Below are positions 24,525 through 37,565 of a DNA stretch of 64,000 nucleotides, in pieces (within the stretch, counting starts at the first letter, position 1; the number at the start of each line of letters is the position of its first letter). The stretch is from Felis catus. Taxonomy: Eukaryota. Location of the stretch: assembly GCF_018350175.1 (NCBI RefSeq), contig NC_058373.1, positions 117,058,001 to 117,122,000 of the forward strand, given 5' to 3'. The position numbers and the translations under genes are program-made. The notes below the pieces were generated by a model. That model made no database searches and was not told the origin of the DNA. It saw only the letters and a program-made list of their open reading frames with translations.

Positions 24525-24660
24525 GTAATTACTCCCATTTTATAGATGAGAAGACTGTGGCTGAAGCAGAGGTTTAGCCGCAAGCCGTACGTCAGGTAGT
24601 TATTGAGTAGAGAGAAACTGAGGGATTTAGATTTAAATGTTGCCTGAACACAGAGTCTTG
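24525..24660 (-). mobile_element. MIR
   Basis: CCCATTTTATAGATGAGAAGACTG core. Confidence 0.65.
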
Positions 24661-25568
24661 AGTCTGATGTATCACAAAATGGGGGATAGACAGAGACCCT
24701 ACCCTCGAGATCACTTCAGTTGTCATGGAGAGATATTAGCAATAAATAGAAAATTAACAATGAAGGATGTTAAGTGACAGTTTAGGGAAAAAATGCATGG
24801 AATTTTGTAAGTCAGATTAGGTAGCAAATAGATGACAAAGACAGTAAGTGCAGTTCAGTGTGGAGAGAGAGCATTGTAACATCAGACCTGGTAGAGACAG
24901 GCTTTGAGAAATCGGTAGAAATTTCATAGGTGAAGAAAAAAGACAACAGTGAGCTTTGCAGGTGGAGGTATTGATAATGGCTTAGTAAAGCAATTATTGT
25001 TCTTCAGAGTAAGAACCCATTTTTTTCCTTGAAACGTGGGGCCCTCTGACCCATTTTTGATAGAAACATGGGTACCAAATTCATGGGTACCAGGGGTTTT
25101 TGCTAAAAGCAGGATAAGCCACCCATGTATGATGATGAATGAATGACCCTGAACCCCAGGGTTGGGAAGCCATCAGGGACAGGTGAGGACTGTGTTAAAG
25201 CAAAGTCTATGTTCTTCTCAGAAAGCCCTGTTGTCGCCATCCATTTTTAATCATTAGCAACCGATTTTAATTAGAAAAATATCGTGTAGATGTACATTGC
25301 TCAACCCAAGCAAGACACTTGTTTGAGCTGGCTTTGTTTTTTATATGTGTGACCTCTCTAGAAGAAAGACAACAGCTTAAAAAAAATGTCCAATGTCTTT
25401 TTCCCTCAAGCTGCTACGTAAGTGCTACTGTGTTCAGATTCCAAACCAAGCAGGAAGATGCCATTATATTATTTTGCTGACCGTACATCCTAAAACAAAG
25501 ACTGATTCAGCAGCTGGTCAAAATAGAAAGGATGCATTCACAAGGAATAAATTTATTGATTATATTTT

Positions 25569-25571
<3 letters not shown>

Positions 25572-25605
<34 letters not shown>
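25572..25605. repeat. Poly(T) tract (~34 nt)
   Basis: Seen directly. Confidence 0.95.
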
Positions 25606-25608
<3 letters not shown>

Positions 25609-27189
25609 GGAAGGCACTTTAACTTTTAGAATGGCACAGAGTTTAGGAGCTTGGCTGCTGACTTCTGCTGGGACCCCGGGGTCTGTGACATCGGGCAAAG
25701 TAGCTTAACACCATTGATCTGCATTCTCCCCAAGTGCAGAATAAGGCTGAGAAACTGTGATTGCTGAGGGCATTACCGATGGAGAGATTGTTCCTGGATG
25801 TCTCTGGTTTAGTCAGTGGTTAGTTGGGCAGGGAGGGGGGTTCCTTCCCCAGGTCACGGTTTGTCTAAGATCCTTGCCGTTTTTCCCTGCTTTTCGCCTG
25901 GCTTGTCCTCATCGGCAATACGTCCCACTAATGAACACCTTTTTCTAGATGATAATTAATCAGGTATGGCTCTTGTTACCAAGAAGTTTAAAATTCTGTG
26001 GGGAGGGGGAGGAGAAACAGGATGTGTTAAGATAAGCACACATAAATGGGGTAGGGGAGAGACTATGGAGCGATTTCATTGAAGATGTTGAGTGGACAAA
26101 TTGGACATTTGACAACCAATGGCTTTGGGACCTGCAGAGATGGGAGCAGGGGCCAGAGGTGGCCAGGGTGTGCTTGAGGCATTTCAGTTAAGTGAAAGCA
26201 CAGGGGTGACAAAGTGTGCAAAGAATGTCCCCCTATTGAGAATCAGATCCTTAAAAACCTTTCAGGCAGGAAGTCGATGTTGGTGAACTTAACACTTGAG
26301 GGGCAGCAGAGACAGGGGACATCTAGGTAGTAAGTGAAACTGTTTAAAATAAATATTTACATGTACCAAAAGTACAAAGAGAAAACAAAGTAGATTGTGA
26401 GTGACGTTTTCCTCACCTTATGTTGGTAACAGAGGTTGTGCCACAGCGAGTTTCTAGTTGCCATTTTTCCAGGAGATCACTCCTCGGCAGTGAAATGCTT
26501 GTAAGAGGGTTTGCTTTATTAGAGCCGTGCACGGTTCCCATGCAAATGGGCCTCTTCCTGTACTGTGTCAGGCTCTCTGTCTAGACATTCAGTGCCTTTT
26601 AGACTTTCTGACTGCCAGCTTGACCGCGGACTCCAGTAGCTTCCTGTGGCTCAAGGGTAAAGTGGATGAATCTTGGGGTAAACCTTATTTAACTTGCTCG
26701 GCATAACTGATTAGGAAGCTCTCAGATGTCTCACCCCTATGCGTAGGGTATCAAGCTTCATGCCAAAGCATATGCTGTCAATTCCAGGTTTTCATTTCTT
26801 TGGCTTCCTGTAGCTTTCAAAAGCTTCTCTGCAAAAACCACTTCCCCTGCCTGCCATCTGCCTTACAACCTCCCTCCCTCACTTAAAAAAATCTGTGTCT
26901 AAGCCCCAGTTTCTTGTCTTTTTAATTATCCTTAACGGGGAATGACCTGTTGGCTATGAACGACATATTTGGAAGTAGATTGGCTTAAGTTGAATTTTGC
27001 TTATTGGGAATCCTTGGTTGGGATAAGTTACTTGGGGTTGCGATTGGACATGTTGTTGGCCATGGAAGATGGGCAGTGATTGACAAGACTAGAAATTCAA
27101 ATTGGGGCCAGTCTATTAGGGACTCGAATGCCACACGCATATAGCGGTGGTGATGATAATGGAGATTCAGGGCTTTCTGGCATATAGAA

Positions 27190-27620
27190 GAAGAAAAAAA
27201 CCCAAAGAACTGAATTAAAGCAAATTTAAGCCAACTCAAGAAGAGGAACCTATGTGACTTCTACATCTGGGAATTCAGGCCTGGCTGGATCCAGAGACTT
27301 AAATAATGCCGTCAGCATTCTTGACTTGATAACTTCATTGTCTTGACTTCCTCCTTTGGTGACACTAGAGAAAAAGAAGATGGTCACGAATATCCCTCCC
27401 CTCACATCCTTTTCACACTGGCCCTCACAGGGAACAGGGTCTTCGTTCTTCCAATGTCCTTCTCTCAGCCTCAGGGAAAGCCCCAGATCAGTCCCAGTGG
27501 TGCAGCTTGATCTAATCAGCATGTCCCATCATACAGCATCCTCTGGCCAGAGTAGTCCACGGGCCCACCCTTCCCTATCAGAAGAAGGAAATTGGATAGC
27601 AAAAAATATACGGGGCAACC
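27190..27620 (-). mobile_element. MaLR LTR remnant (MLT1-like)
   Basis: TTCAGGCCTGGCTGGATCCAGAGACTTAAATAATGCCGTCAG is a reverse MLT1 signature. Confidence 0.6.
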
Positions 27621-27814
27621 AGAAGTAGCGGCCTCAGTCTTCTGACCTGGCTGAAGAACTTTGGGTTTCATTTGTTGGGCAGTAGAATAAATGCAGAGTG
27701 TTTCGGCCACTGTTTGAGAGCTCTGAGATACTTTATAAGAGTTGGAAATTTCTCGTTATCCAAAATAAAGGTTTTTTTGGATAACGCGAAAGATTTCCTC
27801 AATCGTCTGTTTCT

Positions 27815-28035
27815 TTCTTTTTTTTTTTTTAATGTTTGCTTATTTTTGAGAGAGAGGGATAGAGACAGAGTGTGAAGAGGGGAGGGGTAGAGAGAGAAAA
27901 ACACCGAATCTGAAGCAGGCTCTAGGTTGTGAGCTGTCAGCAGAGAACCCGATGCAGGGCTCAAACCCAGGAACCCCGAGATCGTGACCTGAGCTGAAGT
28001 CAGACACTTAACCTACTGAGCCACCCAGGAGCCCC
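27815..28035 (-). mobile_element. Can-SINE
   Basis: Reverse copy; imperfect TSD TCAA..GT(C/T)TGTTTCT. Confidence 0.93.
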
Positions 28036-29124
28036 TCAACTGTTTGTTTCTAATCTCGTTTCCTTTCTATACCAGCTTCCTCATTCAAGGATTACCGCTT
28101 CTGTTCTGTAGCTGCCGCACAAAGGCCAGAGTGAATGTATACAGTGGTGACATGACGTCACCTACAGCCCTGCAGTTATATGTGCATGGCTGTACCTGAG
28201 ACGGGTCAGTGCCACCTTGAGAACAGATGCTGTATCCTTCCCCCAGAATATTTGCGCTGTCCTTTTTTTAAACATACAATTTTAGACGATAAGATACTCA
28301 CAGAAGAGTATGCAAATCATTGCTCGATAAATTTTCGAGCAGTAAATACTTCCGCATTATCACTCCCAGATCAAGAGATAGAATGTTACCAGCCCCCCCA
28401 GAAACGACCCCATGCACCTCCCAGTAACTGCACCCCCACATTCCCTAGGGGTAACTGCTAACCTGATTCCTAATACCATGGTGTTCCACATCTTGAAACG
28501 TATGAAATATATACGGAATTATACACAGGTATACATACCGCCTTTTTTGTGGCTTCTTACGCACAGCATGGTTTGAGCCATCTGTGTTGTGGTATGGAGC
28601 AGTCTACTTTTTATTGCTGGGTAGCCAACCACTTTGTAATATCTTACAAATTGTCTATTCATCTGCTGTTTGTTGACAGGCATTTGGGACGGTTCCAGTT
28701 TAGGGCTGTGAGGAATAATGCTGCTGTAAACGGTTTTGTGCAGGTGTGTGTTGGTGCACATATGAATGCATTTCTGTTGGATGTACATGGAAGGCTGGTT
28801 TGCTGGGGCACGGGATACATATGTCCAACTTTAGTAGATTCTTACAGAGTTTTCCTAAGTGGTTGTAACACTTTCTATTCCTCCTGTCACTTGATGAGTG
28901 TTTAAGTTTCTCTACATACGTGTCAGCAATTGTCGGACTTTTTAATTTTAGCTTTTATGGTGGGTGTGCAGTGGTGTCTCATTGTGGTTTTGATTTGCTC
29001 TCGTTGTGCCTTTATAATTTTTTTTTTGTCACTTTCACTTAATGTCTTGTAGTCGCTGTTCAAGTTGATTGTCTATTTTAAGATTGGATTGTCTTTTTCT
29101 TATTGATTCGTAGGAGGTTTTTAA

Positions 29125-29174
29125 AACATTTTTTTATTTATTAAAAATTTTTTAAAAATATTTTTATTTATTTT

Positions 29175-29224
<50 letters not shown>

Positions 29225-29390
29225 ATGAGCAGGGGAGGGGCAGAGAGAGAGGGAGACATAGAATATGAAGCAGGTTCCAGGCTCCAAGCTGCCAGCACAG
29301 AGCCTGACGTGGGGCTCGAACTCACAGACCGTGAGATCATGACCTGAGCTGAAGTCGGAGGCTCAGCCGACTGAGCCACCCAGGCACCCC
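29125..29390 (-). mobile_element. Can-SINE with expanded (GA)n tract
   Basis: About 22 GA units at ~29179-29223; head ends at 29390. Confidence 0.95.
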
Positions 29391-29519
29391 TGTTTGTTTT
29401 TTTTTTTTAAACAAATTTGAATGCAAGTGTTTTTCCCAGTCATAGGTATTTAAAATATTTTTTCCCATTCTGTGGCTTGCTATTTAACTCTCTTTTGATG
29501 AATAGGAGATCTTGCTTTA

Positions 29520-29735
29520 TTTATTTAAAAAAATTTTTTTTTAATGTTTATTTTTTGAGAGAGAGAGACAGAGCATGAGCGGGGCAGGGGCAGAGAGAGA
29601 GGGAGACACAGAATCAGAAGCAGGCTCCAGGCTCCGAGCTGTCAGCACAGAGCCCGACGCGGCGGTCAAGCCCACAAACCGCGAGATCATGACCTGAGCC
29701 AAAGTGTGACCCGACTGAGCCACCCAGGCGCCCCT
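29520..29735 (-). mobile_element. Can-SINE
   Basis: TSD GGAGATCTTGCTTTA at 29505-29519 and 29736-29750. Confidence 0.96.
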
Positions 29736-30128
29736 GGAGATCTTGCTTTAAATGTAATCCAATCTGTTAACCTCTTCCTTTATGGTTATTGTTTTCTGTG
29801 GCTGCTGAAGAAATTTTTGCTCACCCTAAGGTTGTGAAGTTATTTTTCCACTTTGCAGAAGCCCTGTTGTTATGCCTTTATATGTAGGTTGAAGATCCAG
29901 CCGAGGTTGATTTTTTTATCTATGGCATAAAAAAGAGATCCATATTTATTTTGTTTTCCATATGTATATCCGATTAACCCCTGCCCTGCCTATTGCCCTG
30001 TCTGCTTTCTAGTCCCTTCTCTTGTTCTTTTTGGCCCTTATACTGATCCCACCCTGTCTTAATATAGCTTAATAATAAGTCCATATCTGATGGTGTATGT
30101 CCAGTTCTTATTTAAGAGTAGCTTGGTT

Positions 30129-30359
30129 GGGGCGCCTGGGTGGCGCAGTCGGTTAACGTCCGACTTCAGCCAGGTCACGATCTCGCAGTCCGTGAGTTCG
30201 AGCCCCGCGTCGGGCTCTGGGCTGATGGCTCAGAGCCTGGAGCCTGTTTCCAATTCTGTGTCTCCCTCTCTCTCTGCCCCTCCCCCGTTCATGCTCTGTC
30301 TCTCTCTGTGCCAAAAATAAATAAAACGTTGAAAAAAAAAAGAAAAAAAAAAAAAAAAA
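30129..30359 (+). mobile_element. Can-SINE (young SINEC_Fc type)
   Basis: Long A tail; TSD AAGAGTAGCTTGGTT at 30114-30128 and 30360-30374. Confidence 0.97.
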
Positions 30360-30528
30360 AAGAGTAGCTTGGTTATTCTTAGACATTTGCATTACTGTAT
30401 AAATTTTAAAATCCTCTTTTGATGGGATTTTGAATTGGGACTGCATTAAATCTCTAGCCCAATTTAGGGAGTAAACTAATGTCTTTAAAATGTTGACTCT
30501 TTCTATTCATTAATATGGTATATCCCTT

Positions 30529-30740
30529 GGGGTGCCTGGGTGACAGTCTGTTAAGCGTCTGACTTCGGCTCAGTTCTTGATCTCTGGGTCTGTGAGTTTG
30601 AGCCCCACGTCGGGCTTTGTGCTGACAGCTCAGAGCCTGGAGCCTGTTTCAGATTCTGTGTCTCCCTCTGTCTCTCTGCCCCTCCCCCACTCGTACTCTG
30701 TCTCTCAAAAATGAATAAATGTTAAAAAAATTTTTTTTGA
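30529..30740 (+). mobile_element. Can-SINE
   Basis: TSD AATA(T/C)GGTATATCCC. Confidence 0.95.
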
Positions 30741-32284
30741 AATACGGTATATCCCCTTTATTTATTTAGGGTTTTATCTCTGTCAGTGTTTTGTATCTTT
30801 CCATGTGGTAAAGGTATTGCACCTCTTTCTTCTATATACTATATGCTGTTGCTAGTATTTGAAGTCAGCTGATGCTATTATAAGTGATATCATTTTAAAC
30901 ATGTTTTCTGGTTGTTGGTCTGTGGATATACAGAAATATAGTTGATTTTTATTTGTTGACATTGAGTCCAGTGACTTTCCTAGGTTCATTTATTAATTCT
31001 AATAGTTCCGTGTAGATTATTATAGCTTTTCCATGTACACAATCAAATTACCTGAGAAACAGTTTTACTTCTTCCTTTGCAGTCTCCCTTTGCTTCCTTT
31101 CTTTTTATTTCTTTTTCTTGCCTGTTGCGTTGGCTTAGACCTCTACTGTAACAAAGAATAGAAGTGGTCATGGCAGGCAACCTTGTCTCATTTCTAATCT
31201 CAGTGGGAAAGTTTTCAAAGTGTGACTATTAAATATTATGGTTGCTATGTTTTGTAAATATCCTTTATCAGATTAAGCATGTTCCTTTACATTCAGAATT
31301 GGCTGAGAGTAGTTTTGCGAGTAGATGTTGAATTTGACTAGATGCTTACAGAATAGTTGAATGGAATGTCTGGCTCAGCTCTGCACTTCCCTTTTCTTTT
31401 GGATCTTGGTCTCCTATGTCCTCATTGGACACCCTAAGGTCATCCTGTGTCCTTAGGAGCACTCCTTTTTCCAATTGTATCTGGCTTTTCTAGTTCTTGA
31501 GGGTTGTTCTGTTACAAGGCAGACCCTCTTTGTAGGAAGTGGTACATGCTAATTGTACTATTTTTGTCGCCCATCAAATATGAGTGAAAGTGTAACGAAC
31601 CCTCAGAATCCTATTCAACTGTTATTTCTTTGACCTATATTGCTCCTGCCTGATGAACTTCATGAATAGATATTTTTGTTTGTTAAGTCTTGCGGTCTCT
31701 AGCACTGTATGCATTATGGAGTATGCATAATGTATATATTATGGAGTCCTAGAAGAGATGCACTTGATATTTAAATGCCTGGTTTTAGGGTAAAAAGACT
31801 CTGGTTTTACCTGTTCTTAAAAAAAGAAGAAGAAGAAGAAAGAAAACAACAAAATCTCAAGGAATATAACTGACATTCTTTAAAAAAAAAAAAGCCAATA
31901 GGAGTGCCTTTCTTTTTGGGTCCCCAGGGAACACGCCCTCCTCTGTATCTCTTAGTCATTCCCTTCTGTGTATAACAATTGGCAAAGCTTCTCTGTCACT
32001 CCTACCTCTTCCCCAGCGGTGATACAGTCTTTATCATGTGAAATCAGAGAATAACAAGAGTTGCTTCTGCAGTCCCTATAGTCAGGAGTATTAGACCCTG
32101 TATGATCTTAGGACTCATACTGATAAAATGTGAGTCCTCTCACGTGGGAGGAAAGACATTTGGAACCCGAAGACCTAAATTTTAATGCTGGCTCTGTTAC
32201 TAACCGACAAGATGACGTGAGAATATAATTTGATCTCTCAGACTTTGGGTTCATCCTCTGAAAAATTAAGTGGTTGGGATTGCT

Positions 32285-32656
32285 CAGGGAACAGGAAATT
32301 TTTTTTTATGAAAAGGATCAAATAGTAAATACTTTGAGCTTTGTGGGCCATATGGTCTCTCTTGCAGCTACTGGGTCTCTGCTGTTGTAGTGCAAAAGCA
32401 GCACAGACAGTAAGTAAACAAAGGTGCTTATTTATAAAACTTTATTTCTGGGCACAGAGATTTGATTTTATACAGTTTTCGTGTGTCATAAAATATCATT
32501 CTTCTTTTAACTTTTTCCCCCACCGTCTAAAAGTGTAAAAACAAACAAAAAGAACAAAACAGACACATAAGAAGTAAAACCATTTTTAGTCCGCAGACCA
32601 TACAAAAATAGGCAGCAGGCTAGATTTGTCCCCTGGACCCCAGCTTGCCGATCTTG
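32285..32656 (+). mobile_element. MER58 (B-length) hAT DNA transposon
   Basis: CAGGG..AAATAGTAAATACTTTGAGCTTTGTGGGCCATATGGTCTCT...GGCTAGATTTG..CTTGCCGATC. Confidence 0.8.
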
Positions 32657-33475
32657 GAACTTGTTGGTTGGTAAAGGCTATTCCGGAGCTCTGTGTTAGG
32701 CCTTGATCTTCCTAATCTTTGAAAAAAAAAATTTTTTTTTTTCCTGTCCCATGCACATTGTTCAAGAGAGCCTTATTCCCTTCTCTTAAATCAATTCAGA
32801 ATAAGAAAATAAAATATTTTATTTTCCTTTTATTTCTTCTCTGAGGCTTGCTCTTCATTTTGTAGATCCGAGTTTCTGACCACTAGTAATTTCCTCTGTC
32901 TGAAGAACTTCTAGCATTTCCTGAAGGGCAAATCTACTAGCGATAAACTGACTTATTATTTATTTGTCTAAGCAAGTTTATTTGCCCTTCGTTTTGAAGA
33001 AGAATCTCACTAGACGTAGAATTCTAGTTTGATGTTTTTTCTGTCAATATTTTAAATATTTCACTTCACTCTCTTGTTTTTGCATGGTTTCTGTTCAGAA
33101 GATGTCTATAATTCTTATTCTTGTTTTTTTGTAGGTAAGATTTTTTTTTTCCCTGCGATGTCTTTTGAGATCTTTTCTCTGTCTTTGATTTTTTGCAGTT
33201 TAAATATGATGTGCCTTGGTGTTATATATATATTTTTAATTTACAGTGATTGGAGTTATCTGATCTTTCTAGATTTGTGGTTTGGTGTGTATCTGACCTT
33301 GGAATGTTCTCAGTTATTCCTCCAAATATTTCTTCTCCTTTCTCTTTCTTCTCCTGGTATTCTAATTACACTTATATTATACCTTTTGATATCGTATCAT
33401 AGTTCCTGGACGTTTTGTCTCGGTTTGTAAAGATTTATTCTTCTCTCTCTGTTTTTTCAGTTTGGGGTTTCTATT

Positions 33476-34469
33476 TTTTTAATTTAAATTTTAAATAGCT
33501 AATATGCAGTAGTTTCAGAAGGAGAATTCAGTGATTCATCACTTACATACAACACCCAATGCTCATCCCAACAAGTGCCCTCCTTAATACCCATCACCCA
33601 TCTAGCCCATCTCCTACCCACCTCCCTCCGTCAACTCTCAGTTTGTTCTCTTGTGGTTTGTTTCTGTCTCTTCACTCCCCCCCCTCCTTCCCGTATGTTC
33701 ATCTGTTTTGTTTCTTAAATTCCACCTGTAAGTGAAATCATATATTTGTCTTTCTCTGATTGATTTATTTCGCTTAGCATAATACACTCTGCTGAACTCT
33801 ATCTACATCATTGCAAATGGCAAGATTGCATTGTTTTTGATGGCTGAGTAATATTCCATTGTATATATGTTACCTCTTCTTCATCTGTTCATCAGTCAAT
33901 GGACATTTGGCCTCTTTCCATAGTTTGGCTATTGTTAATAATGTTGCTACAAACATTGGGGTGCAGGTACCCTTTCAAATCTGTATTTAAAAAAAAATTT
34001 TTTTAACATTTATTTATTTTTGAGACAGAGAGAGACAGAGCATGAACAGGGGAGGGGCAGAGAGGGAGGGAGACACAGAATCTGAAACAGGCTCCAGGCT
34101 CTGAGCTGTCAGCACAGAGCCCGACGCGGGGCTCGAACTCACGGACCGTGAGATCATGACCTGAGCCGAAGTCGGACGCTTAACCGACCAAGCCACCCAG
34201 GCGCCCCTCAAATCTGTATTTTTGCATCCTTTGGGTGAATACCTGATACTACAGTTGCCGGATTGTAGGGCAGTTCTATTTTTAGTTGTTTGAGGAATCT
34301 CCGTACCGTTCTCCAGAGTGGCTGTACCAGTTTGCATTCCCACCAACGGTGCAAGAGGGTTCTCCTTTCTTTGCATCCTTGTCAACACCTGTCGTTTCTT
34401 GTGTTGTTAATTTTAGTCATTCTGACACGTGTGAGGTGGTATCTCCTCGTGGTTTTGATTTGTATTTCC
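33476..34469 (-). mobile_element. 5'-truncated carnivore L1
   Basis: Reverse 3'UTR and ORF2 end; TSD GTTTGGGGT(T/C)TCTATT at 33460-33475 and 34470-34485. Confidence 0.92.
33989..34207 (-). mobile_element. Can-SINE nested in L1
   Basis: TSD TCAAATCTGTATTT at 33975-33988 and 34208-34221. Confidence 0.97.
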
Positions 34470-35079
34470 GTTTGGGGTCTCTATTGACCTTCAGGCTCAC
34501 TGATTCTTTCCTTGTCCATTTTGAGTTGACCCAACGAGCCCTTAAAAGGCATTTTTCATTTGTTACAGTGTTTTTGACTTCCGACATTTACCTTTTTTTT
34601 TTCTAAAGAGTTTCCATCTCTCTGCTTTCATTACTACCTACATTGTCTATTAGAACCCGCAACATACTTAATCACAGTTTTAAAAAATTTCTTGTCTGAT
34701 AACTTCAACATCTGTGTCCTGAATCTGGTTCTGATGATTGGTTGTCCTTTCAGACTGTGTCTTTTCTTGCCTTTTGTGTGCCTTGTAATTGTTTTGCCAA
34801 AAGCCAAACATGGTCTATCTGGTAATGGGAATTAAGGTGACTGGGCCTTGAGTGTGAGATTTTATTTAAATTGGCCAAGAGTTGAGCTGTGTTTAATGTT
34901 TGCTACAGCTGTAGCTGCTAGAAACTTCAGATTCCCCTCGTGTTCTGGTTTTTGTCTCCTCTCTTGACTTCAAATGAGTCTTCAGAGAGTTTGTGTCTTG
35001 GAGGTGTTTGAGCTGTAATCTGTTGTTATACTGGAGCCCCATTCACCCGTGTGGTGGCAGGGGATGAGTAAGGAGGTAT

Positions 35080-36400
35080 GTGCTGTCATCTTCCAATCAA
35101 AAGCAAGAGTGGAGTGACTTCGTTCTAGTAAATACAGCAACACGTCCTCTATTGCAGCAGGAGGGAAGGCAAAGAACATGGTGGGTTAGGTGAGGGTGCC
35201 CGAAGTTGAGAGATTTGCCTTCTGCTGGCTTCCACTTCTTCAAAGAATTTTGAAGTGAGCCCATCAACAGCGTGTGCAGCTTGAACAAAGATAAGGTATG
35301 GGATGGCCACTTGAGACAAACAGAGAGCAAACTTGGTAGGAAAACATCTAGATTTGATGGGCAGTGTTGATGAAATTTGAAGCTTGTGCTCATGCATTTA
35401 AAATGCAGCCAGTCGGTCTGGTTGTGTGATTTCTTTCTCATTCCCGCCACAAAGAGCATACCTGCTTGGGTGTGAGCTTGGGTCTTCAGATATTATATGG
35501 ATATTGTGTGGTGGATATTCTGGTTCCATCAATGTTGGAGTTTTGCCTGGAAATCTGTCACAGAAAGAGCATAGTGAGGCAGTTAAGGGTATTTGCAAGG
35601 GTGTGACTGTGAGTGGCTGAAATGAAAGGACCAGTGAGAGAAAAAACGTGAAGGCAGAGCGAGGAGGAGGAGTAAAAGGCTTGTGAGTCCCATGGACTGA
35701 ATGTCTAAATAAGCTTGAAAAATGTGTGCAGTGAATGTAGAGTAAGTGAGCTGGGGTGTGAGGTGGTCCAGTCACACTGATGATGGGGTTCAGCACGTGG
35801 CCGTGGGAGACGGTGGCCGAGGAAGAGGGTTGTAGGAAGAGGGTTCAGGTGGGGAAATAGAAGGATGGAGGAACCGGCTTTCCAGATAGGTCTTTGATTC
35901 TGATGTTCACGTCACTGAGATTGATGAAGGAGTGAGGGATGGAGAAGAAAACCTCTGAGAACTAGAAGCAGGAGTCCTCGGGAAATGGGAAGGCTTAACA
36001 GGAGGGAGGCAGGATACAGTAGTGAGATTGGGTAGAAAGTGGCGCAGCTAGATGGTCTGAGTGTCACGAGAGCAGGGATTTGTGTAGGAAGACAGGAGGG
36101 AAATCACTTGAAGCAGCAGTGTGGAGCCGGGACGATGCCTACCTTACTTCCTGGTTCGAGATACGTGGGGTGAGAACAACTGGGCTCCAGGGGAGGGGAC
36201 GTCCTTGGGGGAAGCCAGGTTTCCATGAAGGTCACTGAAGGTCAAAGTTCAAAGACAAGGTAGAAGGACATAGTGGGCATACTGTTTATGCCCAAAAAGA
36301 GTTAGAAAGGCAGGGAGGGTGGGTGGGGAGTTGGCAGGGTCTGGGGGTGTCCAGAGCAGTGTGGGGGCCAGAGCCCTGGTGAGAGAGGATGCCTGGGTGG
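35080..36400 (-). mobile_element. L2 internal fragment
   Basis: Purine-rich + strand; minus-strand peptides (..PPH..HFSSL..NIHI..) resemble decayed L2 ORF2. Confidence 0.5.
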
Positions 36401-36879
36401 ACCTGAACTTTGAGCAGTGATTGCAGCAATAGGACCGTGAGCCACATCACAAGGCCAAGCACATCCTGTTATATGAAAAACTTTCTGCTTCTCCCTCCCA
36501 GCTTAATTTTTTGGGACTTCTGCTTAATATAAGGAATGCGAAAATATTTATCTTTATAAGCAGCTTGAACAAAAATTTGTTTAGGCTGTAAGGCAGCTGT
36601 GGCAACTTAAAGAGGATTATATTTATTTTGTATGTCTTAAGGTTGGGTTGGTAGGGGGAAGTCAGCTTCACTGATGCACTAGGAAGTAGAAGGTAGGAAC
36701 CACAAATCAGTTGAGGACCTACTAAGTACCAGTTGAACTATGTACCAGAAGTACCTACTACTAGGTGCTTCCTATGCGATATATAGGTGCTAACTACTTT
36801 ATATTTAAATATATACTTAAATTTCATATATTCACAAAATTGTGTCTTAAATTCTTTCTATAGGTGATGTCACTGGAGA

Positions 36880-37240
36880 CCACGTCGGAAAGTGTGGCCA
36901 CTGGAATCGGTCCTGGGTTTGGATTTTAGTTTCTTGGTTGACAAGCTATTTTACTTTTGGCAACTTTGGGTCTCAGTTTTCTCATCTGTAGAATGGGGAT
37001 AATAACAGCCACCTGTTAAGAGTTGCTGTGGCGCATTGCTCGGGTGATTCTAAGGAGCAGGCAAGGCTGAGAACCCCTGATACCGGTGATCAGCATTTAC
37101 TCCGTTTTATAGATGAGGAGACCAAGGCTCAGAGAGGCTAAGTAAGCATAGCACTAAGTTGTTTGTGGCCACACAGCACTAAGTGGCATGGCCAGGATTG
37201 GGAGCCTGTTCTTTGACTCCAGGACCCTTGCTCTTTTCAG
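36880..37240. mobile_element. Two MIR fragments in opposite orientations
   Basis: TCTCAGTTTTCTCATCTGTAGAATGGGGATAATAA (+) and TTTTATAGATGAGGAGACCAAGGCTCAGAGAGG (-). Confidence 0.75.
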
Positions 37241-37363
37241 TGCAGTCTCTTCCTAAATACAAGGGAGTCGAGCCCCACCTCCACATGGCTGCCCAGACAG
37301 TAGGCAGCATGGGATGGGGTGAAGGGGTTAGGTGAAGAGAAGGCAGGCTCCATGGAATCTAGG

Positions 37364-37565
37364 GCAGTGGTTTCCAGACCTGACTGGGCTTTCACATCAC
37401 CTGGGGACTGTTTAAATGATAAATCTCCAGGGGCCACCGTAGGCCCACCAGATCAGAATTTCTGACACCTGGGACCCAGGAACATGGATCTTTAGAGTCA
37501 AGCCCAGGTGCTTCTGAGGCTGCTGGTCTGGTTCAATTCCTTGGACCAGCTTTCGGGAACCGCCA
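37364..37565. mobile_element. MER5-like DNA transposon
   Basis: CAGTGGTTTCCAGACCTGACTG...ATCACCTGGGGA...CAGAATTTCTG...CCCAGGTG..TCTGA. Confidence 0.7.

Larger units (their letters stand above)
28265..31350 (-). mobile_element. Old L1 (L1M) antisense fragments, interrupted by four Can-SINEs
   Basis: Antisense L1 motifs (GGCATTTGGGACGGTTCCAGTTTAGGGCT, CTCATTGTGGTTTTGATTTGC, GAATAGAAGTGGT..GGCAACCTTGTCT). Confidence 0.8.
32780..34980 (-). mobile_element. Old L1M antisense fragment hosting a younger L1
   Basis: T-rich L1M-like sequence continuous across the 33476-34469 insertion. Confidence 0.65.
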
